This document shows, piece by piece, positions 30,226 to 38,025 of a stretch of 64,000 nt of DNA (its first letter is position 1; every line of letters starts with the position of its first letter). A program made the position numbers and the translations under genes. The notes below the pieces were generated by a model. The model did no database searches. It worked only from the letters and a program-made list of their open reading frames with translations, and was not told the origin of the DNA. The stretch lies in the IMG/VR virus record IMGVR_UViG_2912849059_000001, one strand, 5' to 3'. This stretch comes from a virus.

Positions 30226-30840
30226 ATGGATACAGAACAGTGGAACGGGATTCGTGACTCATTAGAAAAATCCTATTGGACAAAGGAAGTTGCTGAAACT
30301 CTTGGTATAAGTGATAGCTATTTGCGCAAATGGTGTTTAGAGTTAGAGAAGAACGGATATAAATTCATCAAAGTTAAAGACGGTAAGAACAGAGAAAACC
30401 GGGCCTTCACCGAACATGATCTATTAGCTTTGCGAAAGTTTCAATCTCTAATCAGGAACAGCGGAACGACACGTTCCACTGCTGCTAAAGTTATAGCAGA
30501 AGAATACAGTTTAGAAGATAGGAACGGTGGAACGGGGACTGTTCCTGCACCTCTTATTAGAGATAATGACCGTGAGAAAGCCTTAGAGGAACTGAAAAAG
30601 CTGGCATTTAATGATTGGAAAGACGAATTAAAAGCAGAACTTAGAGAAGAGATTAAACAAGAGCTTAAAGAAGAAATACAGCAGCATATGAAAGAAGCGG
30701 TGCAATCAGCAGAGGAACGTCTTGGTGAACGTTTAAATAGCCATGATGAACTACTCATGAAGACGATTCGCGAACAACAAGAGACGAAGAAGCTATTAGC
30801 TGCGGCAAAAAAGAAGAAACCTTGGTGGAGATTCTGGTGA
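30226..30840 (+). CDS. MerR-like HTH + coiled coil + aromatic tail (DUF3967-like)
   Basis: WTKEVAETLGISDSYLRKW; E/K coiled coil; KKKKPWWRFW. Confidence 0.75.
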   Translation: MDTEQWNGIRDSLEKSYWTKEVAETLGISDSYLRKWCLELEKNGYKFIKVKDGKNRENRAFTEHDLLALRKFQSLIRNSGTTRSTAAKVIAEEYSLEDRNGGTGTVPAPLIRDNDREKALEELKKLAFNDWKDELKAELREEIKQELKEEIQQHMKEAVQSAEERLGERLNSHDELLMKTIREQQETKKLLAAAKKKKPWWRFW

Positions 30841-30872
30841 AGAATCTCTTTTTTTATTTAAAAGTACAAATT

Positions 30873-30984
30873 AAAGTTTGATAGGTGTTTGAATAGAGTT
30901 TGTTTCGAGTGTGAAAACAATTGACTGTTGAAATTTTTGGTAGTAAAATAAGTTTAGACTTAAGATAAACTCAAATATAACTCG
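30873..30984 (+). promoter_or_regulatory. parC-like centromere with par promoter
   Basis: GTTTG/GTGTG cores at 30876, 30887, 30898, 30909 (11-bp period); TTGACT-17-TAAAAT at 30921-30949. Confidence 0.65.
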
Positions 30985-30997
30985 AGGAGAGATTTAA

Positions 30998-31981
30998 ATG
31001 GACTTAATGGAAATCAAAACGTATTCAATTGACTTAGGAAATGGATATACGAAGAGGATTGTTAATGGTGAATGTATTGTAGAACCTTCTGTAATTGCTG
31101 ATGTGGAGAGTTATTTCAGTGATGATGTAGATGTTACAACACTTCAATTAAGTGAAGGAGAAGCTTATTTCACTGGTGACGATGTTGGGATCTTAGGGTT
31201 AAAGCCAATCTCTGCTCTTGGAGAACATGATATGGATCGTTATGAGACTCCTGAATTTAAGAAGATGATATTCGGGTTTTTAGCAAAAGACTTTAAGCAA
31301 GATGTAACAATCGAACGTTTAGTAACTGGACTTCCAGTGCAACACTTTAAAACTAAAGGGAAAATTGTAGAAGAATTATTAAAAGGACGTACAGTTGTTA
31401 AAGTTAATGATAAAGATATTATTATCGACATTAAAAATGTGTCTATTATTCCACAACCAATCGGTACATACTTACATCTAGTTGCTAAAAAGGCTGTTAC
31501 TCCAAATAAAGATTTAACTTTAATTGTAGATTGTGGTCATGGAACATTAGATGTAACTGAATTAAAAGGTAAAACGATTGTTAAACGTGCTGGTAATAAT
31601 GAGGGTGCAAAAGAAGCTTACATTAATATTTATAACACGTTAGTTGAAGAATACGGTTCTTTGAAAGAACTTACTATCTCTAACATTCAAAATATCTTAT
31701 TAGATGGTTTGTTAGTGAGTGGTAGCCGAATTAATGTTAGAGCTAAATCCGAAGTACAAAAGATTCTTAAAAAACACTTCAACAGCATTTTTACATTCTT
31801 ACAAGATAACAAATTTGATTTAAGATCATATGACAAAGTTGTATTTACAGGTGGGATTGTACACTTATATCACGATTATTTCGGAGAACGTGCAGAAGCG
31901 AACTTCTTAGTAGTTGAAGATGGACAAACAGCAAATGCACGTGGATACCATGAGTATGGAAAGGCGATGACTAAGAAGTGA
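30998..31981 (+). CDS. parM: ParM/StbA actin-like partition ATPase
   Basis: IDLGNGYTK, VTGLP, IPQPIG, VDCGHGTLD, FTGG. Confidence 0.92.
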   Translation: MDLMEIKTYSIDLGNGYTKRIVNGECIVEPSVIADVESYFSDDVDVTTLQLSEGEAYFTGDDVGILGLKPISALGEHDMDRYETPEFKKMIFGFLAKDFKQDVTIERLVTGLPVQHFKTKGKIVEELLKGRTVVKVNDKDIIIDIKNVSIIPQPIGTYLHLVAKKAVTPNKDLTLIVDCGHGTLDVTELKGKTIVKRAGNNEGAKEAYINIYNTLVEEYGSLKELTISNIQNILLDGLLVSGSRINVRAKSEVQKILKKHFNSIFTFLQDNKFDLRSYDKVVFTGGIVHLYHDYFGERAEANFLVVEDGQTANARGYHEYGKAMTKK

Positions 31982-32343
31982 AAGAAAGATTACAAGTCTA
32001 TTATGACCCAGAAGTAGATGTTCAAGTAAGTGCATTAATAGAACATTTCGATGAAATCGGAAAAGGTAAACGAGGATATACAACTGATAAACTTAAAGAA
32101 TGTTTGAAAGTGTACCAAATTTTATCAGAACGATGTGGGACTTCTGAACCGATGGATGTCCTGTTACATTACATTGATGGTAGTGAAAGTAGGAGATTAC
32201 CTCGGGAGGAAAATCGCGGGCTTCATAAAAGTGAAACTAAGGATATCAAAAAAGACATAGCAGAAAAAGAAAAAGTTTCAGATGATGTTAATGATGGTGT
32301 AGCCGATTTACTTGGTAATGGTGAATTTGAATTTAATGAGTAA
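31978..32343 (+). CDS. ParR-like adaptor
   Basis: Small gene coupled to parM; acidic C-terminal tail. Confidence 0.65.
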   Translation: MKERLQVYYDPEVDVQVSALIEHFDEIGKGKRGYTTDKLKECLKVYQILSERCGTSEPMDVLLHYIDGSESRRLPREENRGLHKSETKDIKKDIAEKEKVSDDVNDGVADLLGNGEFEFNE

Positions 32344-32437
32344 ATACAATTGAATATAAAAAGAGAACGCTCTTCCCAGCTTGGCGGCACGAAAGAGCGT
32401 TCTCTACACTATGAAAATCTGAAAGGATGATTTAACA

Positions 32438-32674
32438 ATGTCAAATACCCTTTACAAACTAACTACTAGTGAGCCTATTCTACCACAAACACGTAGAAAA
32501 AAGGAACTGTTCGGGACAATCCGCTCATTCTTTGCGAAAAAGTACCAGGGATTAAATGAATGGTTTGGTATTGAAGAATGTAAATCAGACCGTATTTGGT
32601 ATTATGGAACACTTTCTCTTATGTTTTTTCTCCCTGCTGCTACTTATGTTATTTCTAAATTAATCTGGTCGTAA
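32438..32674 (+). CDS. Small protein with C-terminal TM helix
   Basis: 78 aa, AAAGGA RBS, structured leader at 32362-32405. Confidence 0.7.
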   Translation: MSNTLYKLTTSEPILPQTRRKKELFGTIRSFFAKKYQGLNEWFGIEECKSDRIWYYGTLSLMFFLPAATYVISKLIWS

Positions 32675-32688
32675 TGTGCGATATTACA

Positions 32689-32720
32689 AAAAAAGAGGGC
32701 GCTTGCAGCGTCCTCTTTTT
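32689..32720. terminator. Bidirectional terminator
   Basis: AAAAAAGAGGGCGC-TTGCA-GCGTCCTCTTTTTT between convergent genes. Confidence 0.8.
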
Positions 32721-32727
32721 TAGGCAA

Positions 32728-32976
32728 TTAAATATGTTCTCCGTGGTCGATATATACATCACTGTATTCGTACGCTGGTGCAGGTGGTCTTCCGTGGTCA
32801 TAAGCAGGCGCTCCACCATGATCCCCATGTGCTTCGAATTTACTTATACCACCAGTATGCCCGTGACTATATGCTAAATCAGGTCTTTGTGGTGCAGGTG
32901 TATCACCTTCAGCCATTGCAATAAATCCTACTGCCATAATGGGAAGTAATAATACTGACTTTAACTTTTTCATCAC
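32728..32976 (-). CDS. phr: Phr-like secreted propeptide with repeated xHG motifs
   Basis: Signal peptide; SHGHTGG, AHGDHGG, DHGRPP, DHGEHI; overlaps the rap stop. Confidence 0.8.
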   Translation of the reverse strand: MMKKLKSVLLLPIMAVGFIAMAEGDTPAPQRPDLAYSHGHTGGISKFEAHGDHGGAPAYDHGRPPAPAYEYSDVYIDHGEHI

Positions 32977-34088
32977 ACTAACGCCCCTTTTTCTTCAAAT
33001 TGTTTTCTGGATTCATTGCTGATATAAAAGTACTTACTTGCTTTTTTGTCGTTCGCTTCTTTATAAAACATAGTAGCGAGAATTTCAGCATATTCTTGAA
33101 CGCACTTTGTTAATCCTTCTACTTCAAAATAAGAAATCCCTGCTTCTATTACACTTTCTAATGTATTTAACTCAGATTCATTATTCAATTCCTTTAATAT
33201 GTTAAATCTGTGTATATACTCTTGATTTCCTATTTGAGTAGACGTTCTTAGCCCCTGTTCTATTAACCTATTGACTGCTGTATGTTCCCTCAATTTATAA
33301 TGTTCCTTAGCTTGTAGAAAGATAGCCTTATAATGGTTTGGTAAATGTTCTGTTACTTCTGATAAGTGGCGGATAGCTAAAGACGAAAGCCCTTGACTAG
33401 CATATAACCACCCTATATTGTTTCTAAGGCGTAATAATAGTTCTATGTTATCACCCTTTTTAACAATATCTATTGCTTTATTTAAGTGTTCTTCAGCTTG
33501 TTCAAATTGTCTTATCTGTATACATGTTAATCCTAGTACATTTTCACATAATGCTACGTTTATCTCATAGCCTTCCTTATTATGAAAAGTTGTTTTTGCT
33601 TTGTTTATATACGTTATAGAGGGGAGGGGCTTATACGTTTGATAGTAGAATGTTGCTAAACGATAATTAAATTCTGCTTGTTCTAGTTCGTCAGGGACGT
33701 ATTTTAGAAGTGATTCTGCTTCTTCAAATTGTTCTCCGGCCTCTGCATAATTAGACAAAAATGTATTATGTATTGCTTTATAAAAGTGGTAGCAATACGC
33801 TAAATAATTGTCTACTGGTTTATTGAAGTTCTCAATTTTATCAAATTCACTTGGTGAAATATTAATGCCTTCAGTTAGAACTTTATACCTAAAATCTAGT
33901 AGAGAGTAATATAATAATAAGTTTTGGTCTTGTAATTTTGTGTCTTTTTCATGTTGTAAATTATTAATTATATTATCAATTTTTCCTTTCAAGTTTGACG
34001 CCTTTACATACCGTTGCATTAACATCGCTTGATACCAGTCATTAAGTAATTTTGTAATTTGTTCATTCCCCTTTACTGGAACATGCAT
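32973..34088 (-). CDS. rap: Rap-family (RRNPP) TPR regulator
   Basis: LLNDWYQAM, DQNLLLYYSLLDFRY, TPR repeats, no HTH. Confidence 0.88.
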   Translation of the reverse strand: MHVPVKGNEQITKLLNDWYQAMLMQRYVKASNLKGKIDNIINNLQHEKDTKLQDQNLLLYYSLLDFRYKVLTEGINISPSEFDKIENFNKPVDNYLAYCYHFYKAIHNTFLSNYAEAGEQFEEAESLLKYVPDELEQAEFNYRLATFYYQTYKPLPSITYINKAKTTFHNKEGYEINVALCENVLGLTCIQIRQFEQAEEHLNKAIDIVKKGDNIELLLRLRNNIGWLYASQGLSSLAIRHLSEVTEHLPNHYKAIFLQAKEHYKLREHTAVNRLIEQGLRTSTQIGNQEYIHRFNILKELNNESELNTLESVIEAGISYFEVEGLTKCVQEYAEILATMFYKEANDKKASKYFYISNESRKQFEEKGALV

Positions 34089-34246
34089 AAAATCCCACCC
34101 TTTTTTTCTGAATAGTCTTACTCAAAAGAATAGCAAAAAAAGGAAGGAAAAAGAATAACAAAGTATATTTCTACATAATTTTCAGACTTTTTATGGTGAA
34201 TATCAACAAAAAAAGTCGATTCCTATCATAAGAACCGACTCTCCTC

Positions 34247-34333
34247 TTACTTCACATACACATAGGATTCATTTGCAGTTATATAGTATGTTACACCTTT
34301 ACTGTTGTGTAATTTGTATTGTGGTGGACCATT
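34247..34333 (-). pseudogene. Remnant of an endolysin 3' end
   Basis: 34248-34333 matches 36096-36181 with 4 mismatches in 86 bp; has its own TAA. Confidence 0.85.
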
Positions 34334-34522
34334 TCCATAGTTGAAATTTGTTAGGAAAAAAGTGTTATGCCGACCTAACAAATTTAGAGTATCAAGAACC
34401 CTTGAAATAAAAGGTGTATTTGGGTAGGTAACGTATAAGTCGGCATCCCAACCTCAGCGTACAAGTTTTACTATCCAAAATTCATCTAATTCATATCTTT
34501 ACTCTTGTTAGGACGGCATAAC

Positions 34523-34576
34523 AAATAAGCATGAAAATTATCCCTTATCTTTGGATTGATTTTCATGCTTATTTGC
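34523..34576 (-). terminator. Terminator hairpin after the Ntn-hydrolase-like gene
   Basis: AAATAAGCATGAAAAT / ATTTTCATGCTTATTT. Confidence 0.65.
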
Positions 34577-34595
34577 TTTGGGATAGGATTTTAAT

Positions 34596-35195
34596 TTACA
34601 ATTTGAAAATTATTTTATGAGTGAGATTATTATTTACGGATTTATCGTTTTCACTTATAAAATGATTGAATTGTTCTTGTATTTTAAAAGCATTTTGAGT
34701 ATTGAATTTTAAAAATTCATTTTGTGTAGTAACAGAACTTGATATAAGATTTTGTAGTACTTGATTTGGATTAATCTTCGCGGTTGAATCATTTACGGTA
34801 GAAGCACAACGGATATCATAAGTGTTTGGTAATATTTCTTCTAGTGTGGTGGAACTTTGAATGAAACCTGCATAATAAATATTGTTTAAATCATCCAATC
34901 CCCCAATAAGTAATGAAATGTCTTTATTTTCTACCTGACCATTACCTAAAATATCGAATAGTGAATGAGCGCAACTTTTAGCATTATCTAAATCTATTTC
35001 TGGATTATCTTTAATTCTTGGTATTAAAACTTCAACAATAGCCGCATCTCCTGCCATACCAATAATTATTTTATCCGTTATTTTAAATACTTTTTGATAA
35101 TTTTCATGAGCAATGGAACCATCTAAGTTTATTGCTCTTCCATCCCCTACAAAAGAAATAAATTTGTTAGTTGCAATAATTGATATTAGACTCAC
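34596..35195 (-). CDS. Proteasome-beta/Ntn-hydrolase-like protein, 199 aa, N-terminal Ser
   Basis: GGAGGG RBS + GTG at 35195; S1, D17, R19, K34, G48 spacing after Met removal. Confidence 0.6.
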   Translation of the reverse strand: MSLISIIATNKFISFVGDGRAINLDGSIAHENYQKVFKITDKIIIGMAGDAAIVEVLIPRIKDNPEIDLDNAKSCAHSLFDILGNGQVENKDISLLIGGLDDLNNIYYAGFIQSSTTLEEILPNTYDIRCASTVNDSTAKINPNQVLQNLISSSVTTQNEFLKFNTQNAFKIQEQFNHFISENDKSVNNNLTHKIIFKL

Positions 35196-35333
35196 TGAAA
35201 ATTCCCTCCGATAAACATAGTATAAAATTAGTATATAGGTATTTCGCGTGATTTTCTTTAAAAATAGATAATTACTTTGAGAGATTTTAATGAGTTTTTG
35301 TATACAATGAGAAAGCAACCTAAAATTAAAAGG

Positions 35334-35546
35334 TTACTTTCTCATTTGTTCTTTGCTTTTTAGAATATCTTCTTTGAAATACAATCGGTCTCGTGACATC
35401 TCTTTAATTGGTTTCACTTTTTCCTTCTGAACCATTACATTTAAGTTTTGGCGTGAACAACCTAAAATGTCTAATGCTTCCGAAGTATTTACGATTTCAT
35501 CTTGAATAAACCGAATTAAGTCGTCTTTGGTTTCGAATTTATACAT
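35334..35546 (-). CDS. Small HTH DNA-binding protein
   Basis: NTSEALDILGCSRQNLNVMV. Confidence 0.75.
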   Translation of the reverse strand: MYKFETKDDLIRFIQDEIVNTSEALDILGCSRQNLNVMVQKEKVKPIKEMSRDRLYFKEDILKSKEQMRK

Positions 35547-35766
35547 TCTTTTTCTCCTGCTTTTCCTTGATATAGGTAGTTACTAAATTAAACACCATCA
35601 TTACAAATGCAAGTATACACAGTACGATGAAGATGTAATCTAATGTTTGTAAATTGTTGTAATCAATTTGATACAAGATGTATCCTAAAATCACAAGAAT
35701 TGGTATGTTACTAAAAATGACTTTTTTCATAATATATAGTGTCATGTGATATAATCTTAGGTACAA
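35539..35766 (-). CDS. Small two-TM membrane protein (start probably MKKVIF)
   Basis: Hydrophobic segments; coupled to the HTH gene. Confidence 0.6.
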   Translation of the reverse strand: MYLRLYHMTLYIMKKVIFSNIPILVILGYILYQIDYNNLQTLDYIFIVLCILAFVMMVFNLVTTYIKEKQEKKNV

Positions 35767-35836
35767 GAGAGGTTTCCCTCTCTTGCGGTGTCTTACTCAG
35801 AGTCGTTTTCTTGGCGGGAGCGACTCTTTTCTTTTT
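35762..35836 (+). ncRNA. Putative type I antitoxin sRNA
   Basis: TG-A-TATAAT at 35747-35755; hairpin CAAGAGAGG/CCTCTCTTG; terminator AGAGTCG/CGACTCT + T tract. Confidence 0.6.
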
Positions 35837-35945
35837 CTTCCTTGATTTTGTAGTAAATATCAATTGTGTTTTTAACACCGGAAGATAGTTGTGAGTAAAT
35901 TGTTATGAACGCTGTTATCGTTCCTAAGATTATCATCCAATCCAC
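35793..35945 (-). CDS. Putative type I toxin, 50 aa, not in ORF track (MDWMIILGTITAFITIYSQLSSGVKNTIDIYYKIKEEKEKSRSRQENDSE)
   Basis: AAGGAGGTGA RBS, GTG start, N-terminal TM helix and charged tail. Confidence 0.65.
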   Translation of the reverse strand: MDWMIILGTITAFITIYSQLSSGVKNTIDIYYKIKEEKEKSRSRQENDSE

Positions 35946-36056
35946 TTTGTTCACCTCCTTTTCTTTATACTCTTATTATAGCATTTTATTTGACTCACGT
36001 CAAATAAATGTAGATTAAATTATAGAAAAAATCCATTTTTTTACGTAAAATAAACA

Positions 36057-36094
36057 AAAAAAGGGTATGCCCAAGTTTGAGCATACCCTTTTTT
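36057..36094 (-). terminator. Endolysin terminator
   Basis: AAAAAGGGTATGC / GCATACCCTTTTT. Confidence 0.8.
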
Positions 36095-37153
36095 CTACTT
36101 CACATACACATAGGCTTCATTTGCAGTTATATAGTATGTTACGCCTTTACTGTTGTGTACTTTGTATTGTGGTGAACCATTAACAGATACTTTAGCATCA
36201 ATCGTAAATCCAAGCCCTTCATCTACGGTTCCTGCTACATCTTTATCAGACCAAGAAGCAGAGTCATAGAAACGAAGGTCGTCCACTTTAGAAACAACAC
36301 GTTTTCCTACTACAGGACTTGAAGTAGTAGTTTGTTCCTCTTGATATTTAATGTAAGATGGGTTGTTATAAATCCATTGGTTCCCGCCAAGATTTAACCA
36401 ATCACCTTGTTTTCCCCATACTTGATATGCTTCTCCTTTATTTAATTGACGGATAACACCATAATTTGTTGATGGTCCACTTCTTAGGTTTACGTTAAGT
36501 CCATCAATATAAGCTACTCCTGTTTCGCCTACAACGTTTTGAGATGGTTCTTGTGGTTTTGGTTTAACTGTAACTGTTGCGCCTTCATACGCCTTTTGTA
36601 CGTCCGCTCTGAATTGTGATTCTGATACACCGTGACTGCGAAGGTAATCAATCGGATCTTCGTGGTCAGTTCCACCTAATTTGTAAGTAATATCTTTATG
36701 TGTCCATAAACCTTTGCTTGGATGAATTCCTCTATCTTTTAAAATCTTAGCTAATAGTTTTACATAACGCTCGTAAGAAGATTTAAATTTATCTGGGTTG
36801 CTAGTTTCAGAAAGTTCTACGTGAACAAATCTTTTATTTGCAGCTGGTCCAGCACCATAAGCAACATATTTTGTATCAGCAATTTGGACTGTTTCGTTCC
36901 AATCTACAGCATAATGTACAAATGCATTTCTCCATGTTCTAGCTTCATAATTTCGAATGTTAATAGCTGGTGCTTCTGGTGTTGCAGTACTATGTGCTAC
37001 AACCCCCTCATAAGCGCCCACACCGTAGCGATATGCTTGTTTCGGCAAGTCTTGGATAATTAGTACTCTATCGGCAAATGAAGCCGTAGCAAACGAAAAT
37101 AAGAGTAATAGAGTCATAAATAATGAGCTAAATAGTTTAATTGGTTTTTTCAT
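36095..37153 (-). CDS. Endolysin: signal peptide + Amidase_2 + SH3-type domains, 352 aa
   Basis: VAHSTAT, FVHYAVD, HVELSE, THKD...DHEDP; LNVNLRSGPST SH3 motif. Confidence 0.92.
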   Translation of the reverse strand: MKKPIKLFSSLFMTLLLLFSFATASFADRVLIIQDLPKQAYRYGVGAYEGVVAHSTATPEAPAINIRNYEARTWRNAFVHYAVDWNETVQIADTKYVAYGAGPAANKRFVHVELSETSNPDKFKSSYERYVKLLAKILKDRGIHPSKGLWTHKDITYKLGGTDHEDPIDYLRSHGVSESQFRADVQKAYEGATVTVKPKPQEPSQNVVGETGVAYIDGLNVNLRSGPSTNYGVIRQLNKGEAYQVWGKQGDWLNLGGNQWIYNNPSYIKYQEEQTTTSSPVVGKRVVSKVDDLRFYDSASWSDKDVAGTVDEGLGFTIDAKVSVNGSPQYKVHNSKGVTYYITANEAYVYVK

Positions 37154-37232
37154 TGTGTATTTTCCCCTTTTTGCCAAACAAAAAGAGCACCGTCTTTTGA
37201 CAATGCTCTCCTTATGTAAGGCGTGTATTTTT

Positions 37233-37730
37233 TTATTTGGTAGTATGTTTTTCTTTTCGTGCATCACTTCTTTGGATCTTTGCTTGAATTTCGGATGCTA
37301 CACTTTCTAATAACCATGCAGGAATCCATTTTTCCCAGCCGATTCGTGCACAGTTTGCTGCGAAACTATTAAAAATGTGGTAACTCAATCCACCGACTAC
37401 CATGAAGAAAAAGAAATCAGGTAGTTTAAGAGCAATATCAAATAAATGTGCAAGAGCTGGTAATGATAAAAGCACCACGGTTCTCGTGATGCCCTCAATT
37501 CCATATTGTGATGAGTATGTTCCATCTAGCTTTGAAGCTTTACTTCCCGTAATCCAGTCGAGCATGATAATCCAGCAATAGATCGATATCCAAATTAAGT
37601 TCGCTTTACCGTATAACAAATTAATTATTGTTCCTAATCCACCACCTATAGCACCACCTACTTTAAATTGAGTACTTGTAATAACATCGCTTATATTCAA
37701 TGCCTTGATGAGTTCGTGAATTCTTTCCAA
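37233..37730 (-). CDS. Phage holin (Phage_holin_4_1-like)
   Basis: LDWITGSKAS, multiple TM segments, adjacent to endolysin; TTG start. Confidence 0.8.
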   Translation of the reverse strand: MERIHELIKALNISDVITSTQFKVGGAIGGGLGTIINLLYGKANLIWISIYCWIIMLDWITGSKASKLDGTYSSQYGIEGITRTVVLLSLPALAHLFDIALKLPDFFFFMVVGGLSYHIFNSFAANCARIGWEKWIPAWLLESVASEIQAKIQRSDARKEKHTTK

Positions 37731-37756
37731 GTTCTCACCTCCTCGTATGATTAAGT

Positions 37757-37985
37757 TAGGTTTTTTAGGGACGGGATGTACCTATAAACCCAAGAGTATC
37801 TATTTTTATGAGATACTTAAATTTGTAGATAGAGTGTTGCCGACCACCTCCTTGAATCTTTGTATTCGGTTGAAAGAATGGTACCTCTGTCTAATAAGTA
37901 GTTTACGAATGAGTTGGATGTTGATGACCATTGGTCATTCTTCGTATCTCTTACGAGGTAGTAGCGCTTATTAGTTCAGAGGAGG
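37757..37985 (+). ncRNA. Bridge RNA (target- and donor-binding loops)
   Basis: CACCTCCT (37845-37852) and TTGAAAG (37870-37876) match the target halves around an inner hairpin; TACGAG (37952-37957) and AGTTGG (37912-37917) match the donor junction. Confidence 0.8.
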
Positions 37986-38025
37986 ACAACACTATCTAAC
38001 ACTGATTAAAATAGGGGTGTAAGCT

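Noticed and set aside
32973-34088. Arbitrium AimR/AimP call
   Set aside because: N-terminus is Rap-type with the DQxLL motif; no aimX-like context
34596-35318. 240-aa version of the Ntn-like ORF
   Set aside because: The extension is AT-rich with no RBS; the GTG at 35195 has an RBS and places Ser at position 1
37747-37974. 75-aa ORF in the IS110 left end
   Set aside because: Starts inside the -10 box, has no RBS, and overlaps the bridge RNA structure
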